Shown here: positions 1 through 12,389 of the stretch, piece after piece
Layout of the letters: every line of letters starts with the position of its first letter
Numbering within the stretch: position 1 is the first letter of the stretch
DNA from: Mustelus asterias
Taxonomy: Eukaryota
Length of the DNA stretch: 64,000 bases
Direction: 5' to 3'
NCBI RefSeq assembly: GCF_964213995.1
Contig: NC_135818.1
Coordinates: 78,306,001-78,370,000 of the forward strand
The notes under the pieces: generated by a model
Database searches by the model: none
What the model saw: only the letters and a program-made list of their open reading frames with translations
What the model was told of the DNA's origin: nothing
Program-made: the position numbers and the translations under genes

Positions 1-1685
1 TTTTGATACCCTTGGGTTTTCAAATGACATATAATTCGATGTTCATGTTCAAAATCCCCATGATCAGTTGGAAAAAATATAGTGTTATTCTACCACTAGA
101 TATCTCTGCCCACATTTCCATCTTGTATTAACATGAGTACAGCTTCTAAAGACACAAAAATCATTGAAGCCAATTTTGACCTTGGAGGCATGCCAGATAG
201 ACAACTTAACCCAAAGCAAGAGGGCATGTGTCATTTTGAGTCAATGGCCATGATATTAAGGCACTGGCATCCTTCAATGGGCCAGCAAGCAGCGGGGAGG
301 GTGATGATTGAGGAAGAAGATTTCAGATTGGCCTGGATTCTACACTGAAGCTTGGCCTCTTATCCTTTTACCACCATTGGTAAAAGGATAAGTTGGCAAA
401 CTTAGCTATATCCAATCTAAATGTGCATATTGAAATAGGTTTGAAAAGGGTGGATTGTGTGGGTGTCCAGTGGTACACCTTTTCAAAACAACACCAACCA
501 CATGATAGGTTTTAATTGGACAGTAAAGCTATCTTTTAAGGCTGCTAATACCATATGTAGCAATTGAAAACCTGTCATATCTTTGCAGATTGCCATCTCT
601 GACTATATGTGATAGTAATTTGGAAGCATTCCTGTAAACCAACAAGGTATTAGCACTATATCAGACTAGTTTCCCATGTGTTGATAAGAATATGCCAATA
701 GGATTGTTTTTATCATTCCCTGCTTGTAGTTTTCAGCTCCACTGAAATCCATATCTTAGAAATAACACTGTGTAATATAACATCAAACTATTGGCCATGT
801 TTGTATGAAATTATCTTGGCCAACATTTAACCCATTATTTTAAATGGGTATTGTCTATTAAAACAGCACACAAGGTAATTTCATACAAGTGCATGAAACA
901 TTCCAATGTTAAAAGTGGACAACATAATTTTGAGTTAATCTCTTTAAATCTGCAAATATTTATTTCTATTCTTAGTCGCTGTCTATTTTCCTTTCTTAAA
1001 AACTTGGCTATCATTGCATTGTTATTACTAGTTGGATGCATCTGTTCACACCTCTTTGGATGACATAAACATTTTTTTTTCAATGAATTGTAATAATTTT
1101 CAGTGAAAAAAAGTGATGACTGATTATCCATGTAATTAAAAACTACACTACCAGGATAATTTTAGAAATGTGCACCCCAACACACAATTTGTCCTTGACA
1201 AGAACATTTACTGGGAATTCAGGCAGCATAATTTTTCTAAATATTAATTTTAACAGTTGGAAAATGAAAGCTATCAGACTTCCAATGTACTCTGACCGTA
1301 AGTAAACCTCCACACCAAGAATGCAAATTCAGAAAAGTTATCTTTATTTGAATCAGACCTCTTCCTGTTGCTTTCTGTTCATACACTTGGGCGGGGAGCA
1401 AAGGACAATTAAAGGTAGAAATACAAGAAGTGTAAATGTATGAGAGGAACTAACTTTGTTACACAGATTCAATTTTCACTTCTGTAGGAAAAGCTCCTGA
1501 GTTTTGCATGGTTGCCAAGCCATGATATCAAATAGATCATTCATTTTGCTAATCTGATTACATTTTACTAATTTTCTTTTTAATTCCATTGGCTTTGACA
1601 TTAGTAAGAAAATACAAAATAAATTTCACAAGTGTAATGTCACCTATTTATGAAGTCAAATGTTTTAGGAATTTCAAACTCCATA

Positions 1686-2411
1686 GCGAGAATTTTAAGC
1701 TCCTCTCCCCATCCTGCAGGTTCTGAGATGGGGGCAAGTGAAATTGCATGAAAGGGATTCCATCTGGGATTCCGCCTGTCTGATCTGGTTGCAATTTTAC
1801 ATGGGGCGAGTGGAGCTTTGGATGGGAAGCCTGCCCTTGCACCAGTTAAGGCTACTTACGGGCCTTTTCCATCCAGCCTCAATTTTTAGGCTGGCAGACA
1901 GGTGACAGGTCAAGATAGCAAACCTGAAAATGAGTTCAATCGTGCACAGTAAGGGGGTGGGCACCACCATCAGAAGCCCCCTTCTAACTAAGGATGCTCT
2001 CCTCTTAAGGCCTGGTGACCTGCAGACCTCCCTTCCTTCCAGCCTATCCCCAGGAACCCAATTGTCCCCCTCACAATCCTCCAGAAGCCTTCATTACCCT
2101 CACTGCCCTCGGGCCCTGCCATTTCCCTCTCCTCCAGTTCCCAGAACTTAGTTCCAGGCAGTTCCCTGTAGTTCCTCTTCTGGCCACTACAGTGCTGTTC
2201 CTCGAGGGGTGAGGGGCTGGAGCTCTGTCAGCCAATCAGATTGGCCAGCAGATCTCCAAGTTGGAACTTCTTACCAATGATGAGCAGAAATCCTGCCTTA
2301 TGCCAATCAATGGTTGTTAGAGTGTGAAATGGCATTGGGCCTCCTGGAGTCAGCAGCGATGTGTTCCTTGCTGACTCTTCAGATGACGGGCGCTCCTGAA
2401 AATTTGGGCCC
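1686..2411. mobile_element. Possible old Harbinger-like MITE
   Basis: GC-richer block in AT-rich DNA bounded by GAATTTT...AAAATTTGGGCCC. Confidence 0.4.
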
Positions 2412-5400
2412 ATTTTTTGGTTAATTAGAACTAAATTAAACTTAATTTCCATAGGTGAAAGGTTTCATTTGATGAAGAGTTAAGTTATAGACTTTAGCAG
2501 ACTATACAAATAAAAACTGACTTCATTAAAAACATGTATAGATCTCATCATGGAATCAGATGACAGGTGGATTTCTAAGCCCGAGATCAAAATGGAATGT
2601 ATTTCACAACAGCATGAAGGAATTGCTGGAACTTTAGTTTCTTGGGGTCAGCCTGCATTTCAATGCAATACATAGATAACATTCAGTTTATATTAGAGGT
2701 TGGAGGAGAACTGTAAGCTAGATCTGCCACACAGCACTAATCAACAACTTGCAGCTTGCTCCCTACCATTTCCAGATAGAAAACTTGCACTTATTAATGA
2801 TCTAGTCTTGCATTTACATATATTCAGGTCTCACTAAGTCGCATTCTGTGTTTCAACTGTTATTCTTTATGTGTCCCTCAGAATAAACCAACCTCCTCAG
2901 GGTATATATGTATTCAAACATGAAGTAGGGTTCTACTTCCATACAATGACCTTACTCTTCCCAGATTTTCTTTCTGTGGTAAAGGATTTCTGGAGTGAAA
3001 TCCTGAAGTAAAGAAAAATTCAGATAAGGCCTTAATATAAACTGCCATTGTTGATGCCTTAATCACCATAATATGCCATCAGCAAAAATGATAATAAATA
3101 AATTTAGCCTGAATTTTCATCAAATTGAGAAATATATCAATTGCTTTAATCATTGAAGCTTATCTTAAAGCAAATCCACTTTCTGAATCTCTGAGGAATA
3201 AAAGTGCATTTAAAGCAGTTCATTAATTAAAACTGCAATCTTCAAAGGTTTAGATTTCTGAAGACGTGTCTGAAATGGTGCCATCCATGGCCTCAAGTAA
3301 TCGTTCCCATTATTTATGACAAGATGGTAGCAACATATGATGCAGTACTGGCTGCTGTTCTCCTCAGCTAATTTGATTACATGTACTTTAGCACCTTGAG
3401 TGATATCAATGTTCAATGCACTGTATTTGCAATTGTTGATAAAAACCAATTTAAAAGAAAACTTAGAAATTTTGTTACACAATGCCGCCAGAGGAAAGTT
3501 CTAACTTGATCTAAAATTACTTAAGACTATTCATAAGTTGAATGAATCATAACCTTCATATTATCTATTCAATATTTGAGGACATCCCATGTAAAATGTC
3601 ATGCAATGAGAAGGGAGTAACTCAAATTTGCAATGAAATAGGGTGTATATTATTTTGAGTAGTTCAGAATTGGGTTTTAATACAGAATCATTACTTGGCA
3701 GTTTTCTTTTTAAAGGATGCTATTAGCTTATGGATGCACTTTAATTTTATTATTACCTTGCTTTGAAAATTTACCTCAGTTACCTTGAACATGAATTAAA
3801 TTCACTTTTTGTCCTTACCAATTTTCACCTCTCAGCCCTCTGTTGAAGCTATTGATTCCACATTGGCTCTGATTTCAAGCACTATACATAATTGAGGTAG
3901 TCATTCTTCATGTTTAAACCTCTATGTTGACAAGCTATTCAATAATGGGACATCACAGTTCAGCTGCTTCTGCCATCACCCAGTGAAATTCGAGCAGATG
4001 CTGCTGGATATGGAGTGGAATCTCTGGTCACTTTACATACCCAAACCCATGGATGCTGATGCCAAATTCAGAGCTCCTACTACTTTCCCTGCTGAGATCA
4101 GCAAATGGAGTTGGGATGAAATCCAGAACAAATATGGTCCAGCAGCTACTGCATAATCTTGATGAGTGGAGCCAAATTATTGTTTTTAAAGTTACAGCAC
4201 GATTTTCTACATTATTGTGATAACACAATTTAAGGAGCATATTGCAATGTTCAAAATTAATACACATATCTGTATGGCAAATGAGTTGTCCAAATAGTTC
4301 TTAAAGACTACAGCCTGTATATTAATCTATATTCAAATCCAAAACTCTTGCACATAACATGAATATGTTGTGAATCCTCTCCCAGGTCTAACCAGTGTAA
4401 ACAAAGGACAGGTAAATTATTGAAAATCTCAAGTGAAGAAAACATTTCCTTTGTGTGTGTGTATTTTGTTATTTTTTGTAGTTAAAAGGCTCTGGTATCC
4501 CTTGTAAATCGTATTTGCAACTAAAACATCTGTAAAGCTACAACACCTGATTCCTGTATATGTTCTGTGGGTACAAGTACCATTCTCAAAAATAAATGAC
4601 CATATGTTTTGTACAGATTTATATACAAAATGCAATGTATTTAATGTCTTAGGCAAGATAAATATTAGTTATTTAGTAATAACATTGTTACTGTTTTCAG
4701 TTCAGACTTTATCCTCTTTACAAGTGACCTGGCTAAAGACTCAAGTATCTCATGCGGAAAAGTTGAAGTGTCAAGTGCCTTAGCCATATTTCATTTTATT
4801 TCAATTTACTGTTGAAAAATGTAACTTTTAGAAAACATTTTCTACACTGTACCATATAAAGTGCAAATTCTCTGCCCTGTGGAGCAGCTCTGGGTATTTG
4901 TTAGAAATCAACCAATACCGCATCATTCTCACTGTCACTATGGATTGAGACTAAAGTGGTAATTTTCCCGCCTTGCACTTCTTTAAGCTAATGAACAGAA
5001 AACTCTGAGCAGTGTGTATCTGAGTTCTGCTGATGCACCCTTAATGGATGAAGAAAAAAATACTCAAGTATCCATACAGTTGGAGCCACAGTTCTCTAGT
5101 ATATTCATTGTAAAAAAATTGCATCATGGTTAATTTGGTTATTCTGTTTTATCTCAAAACTACTGTATTATAGGTTATCCTCATTAACACTGCTCATTAT
5201 TCTGCTGGTATATTAAATGGATCTTTAAAATATTTACGGTACATTGGTCTAATTATTATCAGGTTTGCACTGGGATTTGACTTTTTTGGTACTTTGTGGA
5301 ACCTGAAGACCAAGTGCAAAAACAAGCACATGATTATTGAACAGGGAGTTGTTTGCTTTAATAATCCCTTTCCATTCAGTATCTTTGCTACCAGTCTGGT

Positions 5401-8324
5401 AACCTGGGGTCTGGGTATTGGTTGATTTATGGTATTTATAACTATTTATCAGTTTTCTTGCAACTACAAATGCTGAACAAAGCCTATAAATCTACATAAA
5501 AACAACTGCTAAAAAGCACTAGTTGTTTTCCCAGGTATTTTCCAACAACAGCAAAATTCTCCTCCCACCCATTCTCCACATCTGGGGGTGGGAGGGGTTG
5601 GGGGGAAGGCAGGATTTACGGCTTCTACCACCAGTGGGATGTTCGTGTCAGACCTAAGTCAATAGACCTTTGAACAGCTTGCCACATTGATGGTCCCACT
5701 CCTCCATAAAATTCCTCCCCTGGAATCTTCAAACAAAAGACGTGGAGAAAAAGTAACTCTTGTCTAAAACCTATTTGAAATCAGACAACATTTGTTTGAT
5801 CCTGGTTTCTGTACTGATGTGTAAAGTACTTTGAAATGTATTGAAAAATTAGGCAAATCAAATATAGGAAGCAAATGACTGATTTGCTTGAATAAAGTAC
5901 CAGAATTGGTCTGAGAATCGATGCTTGCTCGAGAAAGTGCTGGAAATCCTCCAGAGCTTGTTTGCTGCTGTTCAAGATGGCCATAGTACCGGTTTTTCCC
6001 ATAAGATGGCATGGAGCTTCCTCAAAAGATGTCACAGACATGAGCGAGAACCTGATTCAATCTGTCATCTATATCTTCTCATTAGGTCATTGTATCAAAT
6101 ATTCCATTGTCTAGTCACATGTTATGCTTTGGCACTGCCTATAGACAGTATCACTGCTCTGAAAATAGAGCTGTTGTATAGAAAGTCAACCACTCCAACA
6201 GGCATGAATTTATCATTTTCATCTTTGGAAATAAAACTGGTTGTAACTCCACAGTATTCTCTGTCTTTCTTTTGCATGCAGCATTTGTTTTGCAGTTTAT
6301 AATGCAGCAATCACACAGTATACATACCTGGTGCAAAACATCCAAACTGAAATGGACCAAAAGTCCACAGTCCTTCCAGGATATTCCAGCCATAATTACA
6401 ACCTGGTCCAGGAGCTATATGTGGCCTTTGTTCAGGGGCTAAATCATTTTCCAATGCTAAACAAGGGCATTGATACAGTATCTTCTTTCATCCTGAACCT
6501 GAAAATGCCAGTGTGGGGATCATCAGACAGTATATGCAGAATGGCAATTGTAGGGCTCATGAGACCATGTTTGAGATGCAGTTTGGAACCCAAAGGTTTT
6601 GGCCAACATTAATATCGTTCTATGAGGGAAGTGCCAAAAGTTGACTGATATTCTCGGTCAGGAGGGACTCCAAGCAACTTTTCATGAAGCAGACAAACTT
6701 GGATAAGGATTCCTGCAACAACACAGTCGGATGCCCTACCTGGTCCCCAAGTAGTGTGAAGTTTTCTGGTTCATTTTCCACATTGCTTCATCAAGTTGTC
6801 TGATGCAACTAACTACAAAATTCTCTGTTAATTTATTTACCTTGGTGCTGACAATCCATGGGACTGGTTACTTCATTGCTGCTTCTGGACCTGGGATTTC
6901 TGCCTATCCATGCACTACAGCACTCACCCCACCATGAAATGCAAGGTAAGCTCATTTACAAAGTCATTTGCATGTTGAAGGCACAACTCCCATCCAACAC
7001 TGGAGCATTGCGCTCTGGGCAGTATAGAACCTTGTTCATCGGCCTTTAGAATGATTCAACTATCGAGTAGTGCAACATCAAACCACATGGAGCAACATAT
7101 AAGTCGTGATTATTGTACCAGAGTGAATTGTGTTATCTAGTCTCAGATGTTTACTGAAGATAGAAACTTTCAGTAAATTTATAAGAATGGATTCAATTGG
7201 CAGAGCAGTCTGAGAAACTCAAAGACAATAGCACATGGCATTGAGACAGAAAAGATACAAGAACCTGTAGCCAAAAGCCTTTAGGATGTCAAAGAACACT
7301 GGCTACCAGTAGAAGGAAACATCAACAAAGTATTTTTCTAGGCATATGGAGAAAAGTGGCTCTGGCACTGAATGCCAACTTGCAGTTTTAGAACAGCAGA
7401 CTACTGCAAGATAAAGTTCAATATCCTGATCAGGGAAAACAGGATAAGAGAATTGCCACTATCTCTTGGGTACCAACACACAGGAACCAGTTATTACTTG
7501 GAGTATACATCCTCGTTCATTGCACTTTCGTTCAAGGACATCCTAACTCCTGTTGCAATATATCATAACATCCCCTCCCCTTGCAATGCTGACTTGCATG
7601 CAGCAGCATAAAAATATCTTCATCAACTTTGATTGAATGCTACTCGTGGATTCATAACATCAGTTATCTGATGACACCTGGGAAATATACTTGAAATATT
7701 TATATTCATCTAATACACTCAGTCTTGTTTTAGGAAAAACTAACACAAGTTTTAAAGTAGGTGACCAGAGACAAAAGAGCTTACTTCCTACAAGTATTAG
7801 GTTTTAGTACTGATGAGAAACACACAATTCTAGCCACAAGTGATTTCTCTTTGACAATTCTATAATTTTCTAGCTGTGAATAATTTCTCTAGGAAAATTC
7901 TACAATTTATGTTGCAATTTAGTTCCCATATAGAATCATTTACATCTTATCAACTTTTTTGGAATAGCCACAAGCTCTCTCTCTCCTTCAAGACTACCCC
8001 CCCCCTCCCTTTCAACTTCAAACCCATGCTGAGTCCAACTGCGTTCAAGCAGCATTCAACCCTGCTCATATCTCAGTCTTAGGATTTTTTTTCTACTCAA
8101 TAGGGTGCCTTTATTTACTCCGAATCCGGTTCTAAAAGGACCTCCTGGTTTTAACTAGAGTCCATTTTTAATACATCTCGCTGCAGGTTTCTAGAATTCA
8201 TTGTGTTTAGGTGAGTTGTTCCCACATTCACTCTGTAAAAACATTCCGTTTGCTTTACTGCAAACATGCACTTGTGTTTGATTGACCGGGGGCTGATTGG
8301 GTGTAAAATGCACAGGTCACTTTT

Positions 8325-8683
8325 AGAGAGGTTTATAAAATGATGAAGGGGATAGATAGAGTGAACGTTCAAAGACTATTTCCTCGGGTGGATGGAGCTA
8401 TTACAAGGGGGCATAACTATAGGGTTCATGGTGGGAGATATAGGAAGGATGTCCGAGGTAGGTTCTTTACTCAGAGAGTGGTTGGGGTGTGGAATGGACT
8501 GCCTGCAGTGATAGTGGAGTCAGATACTTTAGGAACATTTAAGCGGTTATTGGATAGGCACATGGAGCACACCAGGATGATAGGGAGTGGGATAGCTTGA
8601 TCTTGGTTTCAGGTAAAGGTCGGCACAACATCGTGGGCTGAAGGGCCTGTTCTGTGCTGTACTGTTCTATGTTCTATGTTCTA
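8325..8683 (+). mobile_element. CR1 LINE 3' fragment
   Basis: TRGH...FFTQRVVGVWNGLP ORF2 C-terminus and a (TTCTATG)n tail. Confidence 0.92.
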
Positions 8684-8904
8684 AGACTATTTAAAAATTG
8701 ACACACACCAGTTTAAGGGAAGCGTGCTGCTTCCGCTTTACCTGTATATGTGGAAGGCGTTGCGGGATTGGGAGGGGGCGGCGGTGGTGGTCTTGAAGGG
8801 AGGGAGAGAAGATTCAGTAAAGCTCACTGGGGAATATGGTTGAAACCTCAGTGGCTAATAACTGTTGGATATTACATTCTATGCCTCTTCATTACCACTT
8901 GTTC

Positions 8905-9140
8905 TGCATGTTCTACAGTCATAGCTAGGTGTAGAGAAAGGTCAACTTAATGCAAGGTAGGTCCATTCAAAAGTCTGATGGCAGCAGGAAAGAAGCTGCT
9001 CTTGAGTCGGTTGGTACATGACCTCAGACTTATGTATCTTTTTCCCGATGGAAAAAGGTGGATGAGAGAACGTGTAGGGTCCTTAATTATGCTGCCTGCT
9101 TTGCCGATGCAGCAGGAAGTGTAGACAGAGTCAATGATAA
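8905..9140 (-). mobile_element. Rex1/Babar-type LINE 3' fragment
   Basis: PSGKRY.SLRS.TNRLKSSFFPAAIRLLN C-terminal motif. Confidence 0.8.
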
Positions 9141-9639
9141 GATACTTACCTTGTGAATTAATTCCATTTTTTTTCAAAGCTGCACATTTTGGTAGCAGAA
9201 TGCACAGTGAAACTGCAGCTTCTGGAACTATGAATATTATTTTATGTAATTTGAAAAAGTTTTTAAAAATAACATGTTTGACATTAAAAACAATGATGTC
9301 AAGATGACCTTTGGTGAACCTTGGTGTGATGGATCTGTGATGCTGAATGCAAACGTGAACATCAATCCTATCGTCTACTTCCCGGCCAAAGTCAATGAAC
9401 AGGAGTGTCTCAGATGAATAACAGCCTGGTGAGTACATAAAATAATAACATTTTTACAACATACCTTAAAAACATAGATTTTCATGTACATATGATTAAT
9501 TATATGTTGATCTACAATCCATGTACTTTAATCATTATATACCGAATGTTGCCACATCCTTTGTTGCTTTTTTGCTTTATTGACATCTGGGATCCAATGT
9601 GTTAATATGGGGTCACAGTGGAAAAGCACAGATGTAAAT

Positions 9640-10035
9640 ACATCTTTACTCTGTATCTAACCCGGTGCTGTACCTGCCCTGGAAGTGTTTGACTGGACAG
9701 TGGAAAGGAAACCCTACTCTGTATCTAACCCCATGTTGTACTTGCCATGTGAGTGTTGGATATAGGACAGTTTACTTTGTATGGCAGTTTGTCAACATTT
9801 AAATCTCAAGGAGGTATTTTCACCTAAGTCTTGCCTCTAGTGTGAATTGCGGCTGGAGCCAGGAGGAGATGTGGCCTGTTGGAGACCCCACAGTCAAGCT
9901 GGAGGGGTCTGCAGGTCAAAGTGCATGTGTGGGCCCAGAGGTTACTCTGCTATCCTGCACTGGGAGCATTTGATGGAACATTATAGAGGGGGATTTTACT
10001 CTGCATGTAACCCCCATGCTATAACTCTGGGGGGC
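9640..10035. repeat. Degenerate copies of the shark ~66-bp minisatellite (CTTTACTCTGTATCTAACCC...GGGAGTGTTTGATGG)
   Basis: Motif recurs at about 9643, 9713 and 9995; the array is interrupted by the left inverted-repeat arm. Confidence 0.65.
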
Positions 10036-10492
10036 CTGAACTGAAATCTGTTTCTGCCACTGCAACACGATTGAGCCACGAACATTCCTGAATGATGACG
10101 TGGGCAACAGAGATTACAGACTGCCACAGTCCAAGAGGTCAGTGTCTCCTGTTTCTACTTGTGCTGTGTTGCTGTGTGTGTGCTGCTAGCACTACAATTT
10201 AAAGCAGGATCTGTTGTGACCGAAGGATGATGAGGTATGTTGGATGCTCTTAATTAAAAGACATGGTGTACATTGGGTGGGAACCTTGCTTGTGTTGGCT
10301 CCAATCTCTTGGTCCCCAAGCTGCAACCCAATGTTCAATGGCTTACGGGGCCCACTCATGTACTTTGACCTGCAGACACCTCCAGCTTGACTGTGGGGTC
10401 TCCAACAGGCCACATCTCCTCCTGGCTCCAGCCACAATTCACACTAGAGGCAAGACTTAGGTGAAAATACCTCCTTGAGATTTAAATGTTGA
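9792..10492. repeat. 145-bp inverted repeat pair (9792-9936 and 10348-10492) around a 411-bp spacer
   Basis: The arms are reverse complements with 4 mismatches counted by eye. Confidence 0.95.
10227..10234 (+). CDS. Exon 1 (ATG ATG AG) of a C1r/C1s/MASP-family protease homologue
   Basis: GGATGATGAG|GTATGT is a phase-2 donor that joins in frame to the acceptor at 11008. A tiny ATG-AG/ATG-TG first coding exon is typical of MASP/C1s/haptoglobin genes. A TATA-like ATTTAAAG lies about 30 bp upstream. Confidence 0.65.
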
Positions 10493-11007
10493 TGGTTTTT
10501 TCCTCAGCAAGGCTGAGAGGCCAGGCCAAATCTCCACTCAAGCATGGTAGTGTTGGGACTCTGAGGAGAGGATAGTTTCAACATGCATGGTCAGGTGTCA
10601 ACTGAAAGGGTTAGGAGTTAAATGCCAAGCTTCAGTATACCAAATGCCATTTTAAGAAGCTGGCAGTTATTTTAAGCAACTTGCAGACATTTTGTGGACA
10701 CTTTTTAAAAATGTTTTCTAGGGCAGTTTTGCATTTTCAACTTTGGCACTGCAGTCTTGCTGAAGGGTAGGATGTCTGTTGCTTTTAAGGCCGGAAAGTT
10801 GTTCTGGATAATGAGAAGGCTCTCATCTAACTCATTAGGCTCGAAAGTCTGAGCAACAATTCACCAAGGGCCTTAGCATCTGGGGTGTGTGGTCCTCAGG
10901 TCAGGCTGGGCCAGAAGTCCTGAAGCTTCCAACCACCTGATCCCACCTGTCCCCATTCCTGGTTTTCTTCAGCAATCATGGCCATCATTCTCTACTCTCC
11001 CTTCCAG

Positions 11008-11195
11008 GCTCCTGACTCTGGTTCTTGCTTTGCTCTGTGACCATTCCATGTCCCAGCTATCCAGAGGTAGATCAGATGTCCCACCAGCCAGTGACCTCCA
11101 AACGACCACCAAACCCTGGGTATCGGAGCAGAATGCCACAGGAATAAGCAAGAATGTGAGCGATGGCACAAGGAATCGGACCTCTGGAGTTCAAG
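11008..11195 (+). CDS. Exon 2: signal peptide plus Ser/Thr-rich N-glycosylated linker of the protease homologue
   Basis: Acceptor tctactctcccttccag|G and donor CAAG|gtaat (phase 1). Encodes (R)LLTLVLALLCDHSMSQ...QNATGISKNVSDGTRNRTSGVQ: a hydrophobic leader and sequons NAT, NVS, NRT. Confidence 0.8.
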
Positions 11196-11199
11196 GTAA

Positions 11200-11590
11200 T
11201 TTCTATCTCTCTCTAAATCTCTCTGTCTCTTGCTTTCTGTCTTTGCTTATCTTTCTTCATTTCTCCCTCTCTCTTACTATCTTCTTTTGTCTCTACCTTT
11301 GATTTTTTTTGTGTCTGCTCTCTCTTTCCCTGCCTGTCCCTCTTCCCCAGATGTTTTCTCTCTCACTGTCTCTACCTTTCATTTTTTCCTCTCTGTCTCT
11401 CTGTCTGTTTGTCTGTCTCTCTCTGCCTGTCCTTTTTTCCACACTCTCTCTCTACCTCTCTATTCTTTCACTTTGTCTAAAATGGTCTCTCTGTTTATCT
11501 CTCTTTCTCCCTCTCTCTGTCTCTCTTTCGCTCTCTCCTTTCTCTCAGTCCCCTTACCCCCTCTCTCTTTGCATGTCTCTTCCTCTTTGG
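11200..11590 (+). repeat. CT-rich low-complexity polypyrimidine tract in intron 2 of the protease gene
   Basis: About 390 bp composed overwhelmingly of C and T. Confidence 0.9.
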
Positions 11591-12389
11591 GTCAGATTTT
11601 CGCTACAAGGCAGGTACTTTTCTGACTCAGCAGATCCAGCTCGATTTAACTTACTGGTCTCGGACGATTTTTGCTCCATGTGGGTGTTGCAGGCGTGGGT
11701 TGTGGGGAAGGAGATGAGGGGGCACCAACCTCACAGATCCTAGATGGTTATGGGAGTGGGTGGGTGCCAAGGCAGGCTGGTTTGAAGGTCTGCCTCAATT
11801 ATCTGGGTCTTCATCATCCCAGTTGTAATAAAGGTGATTGGTTCTTCTGGCCCTTACCCCTCACATCATCTTACAAGACCCAATCCTAAGCTCTACTCAT
11901 AACCTCCATGTTAAGTCATGCCTCTTCCATGCTCACTCACCCAGTACACACAAGATACATAACCAATAAGCCATATAATAACAATGGCAAATGTGGAAAC
12001 TGCTGAGAAGAACAAAGAAATTATCTGTGAAAAATAACTTATTTCTACAACCCCACAAAAGTGTCAATCAGGCAGACAATTAAAGTGTCAATAACAGAGG
12101 CTGCCAACATTTCACATTTCTTAATATTGTCCAAATAAACATTGAAACACAGACAAAAGAGGTCACAGAAAGATCAACTTTTTATAACTGCTTAACGATG
12201 CCAATCAAGCAAAGTCAACAATTCACTTATTAAAACAGATTTCCTAATGAGCTAATGCTTTTATTGGTCTGATCTCATAGCCAAGCATGCATAATCTGGT
12301 CCTTTATCTCTCTCTCTCTCTCTCTCTCTTTATCTCTCTCTTCATCCTACACCCGCTGACTCCTGTTTTCCTTCTCCCCATCTTTGCAG

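Noticed and set aside
6330-7440. Possible decayed LINE (RTE-like) or exon
   Set aside because: No diagnostic motif could be read with confidence.
9847-10437. Two near-identical ORFs on opposite strands (LEPGGDVACWRPHSQAGG)
   Set aside because: A by-product of the inverted repeat; no coding evidence.
11230-11743. Long Leu/Ser-rich ORFs
   Set aside because: Products of the CT-rich low-complexity tract.
12287-12389. N-terminal 'signal peptide' MHNLVLYLSLSLSLF of the 306-aa ORF
   Set aside because: It is the translated (CT)n microsatellite and polypyrimidine tract before the acceptor at 12389; a better leader is encoded by exon 2.
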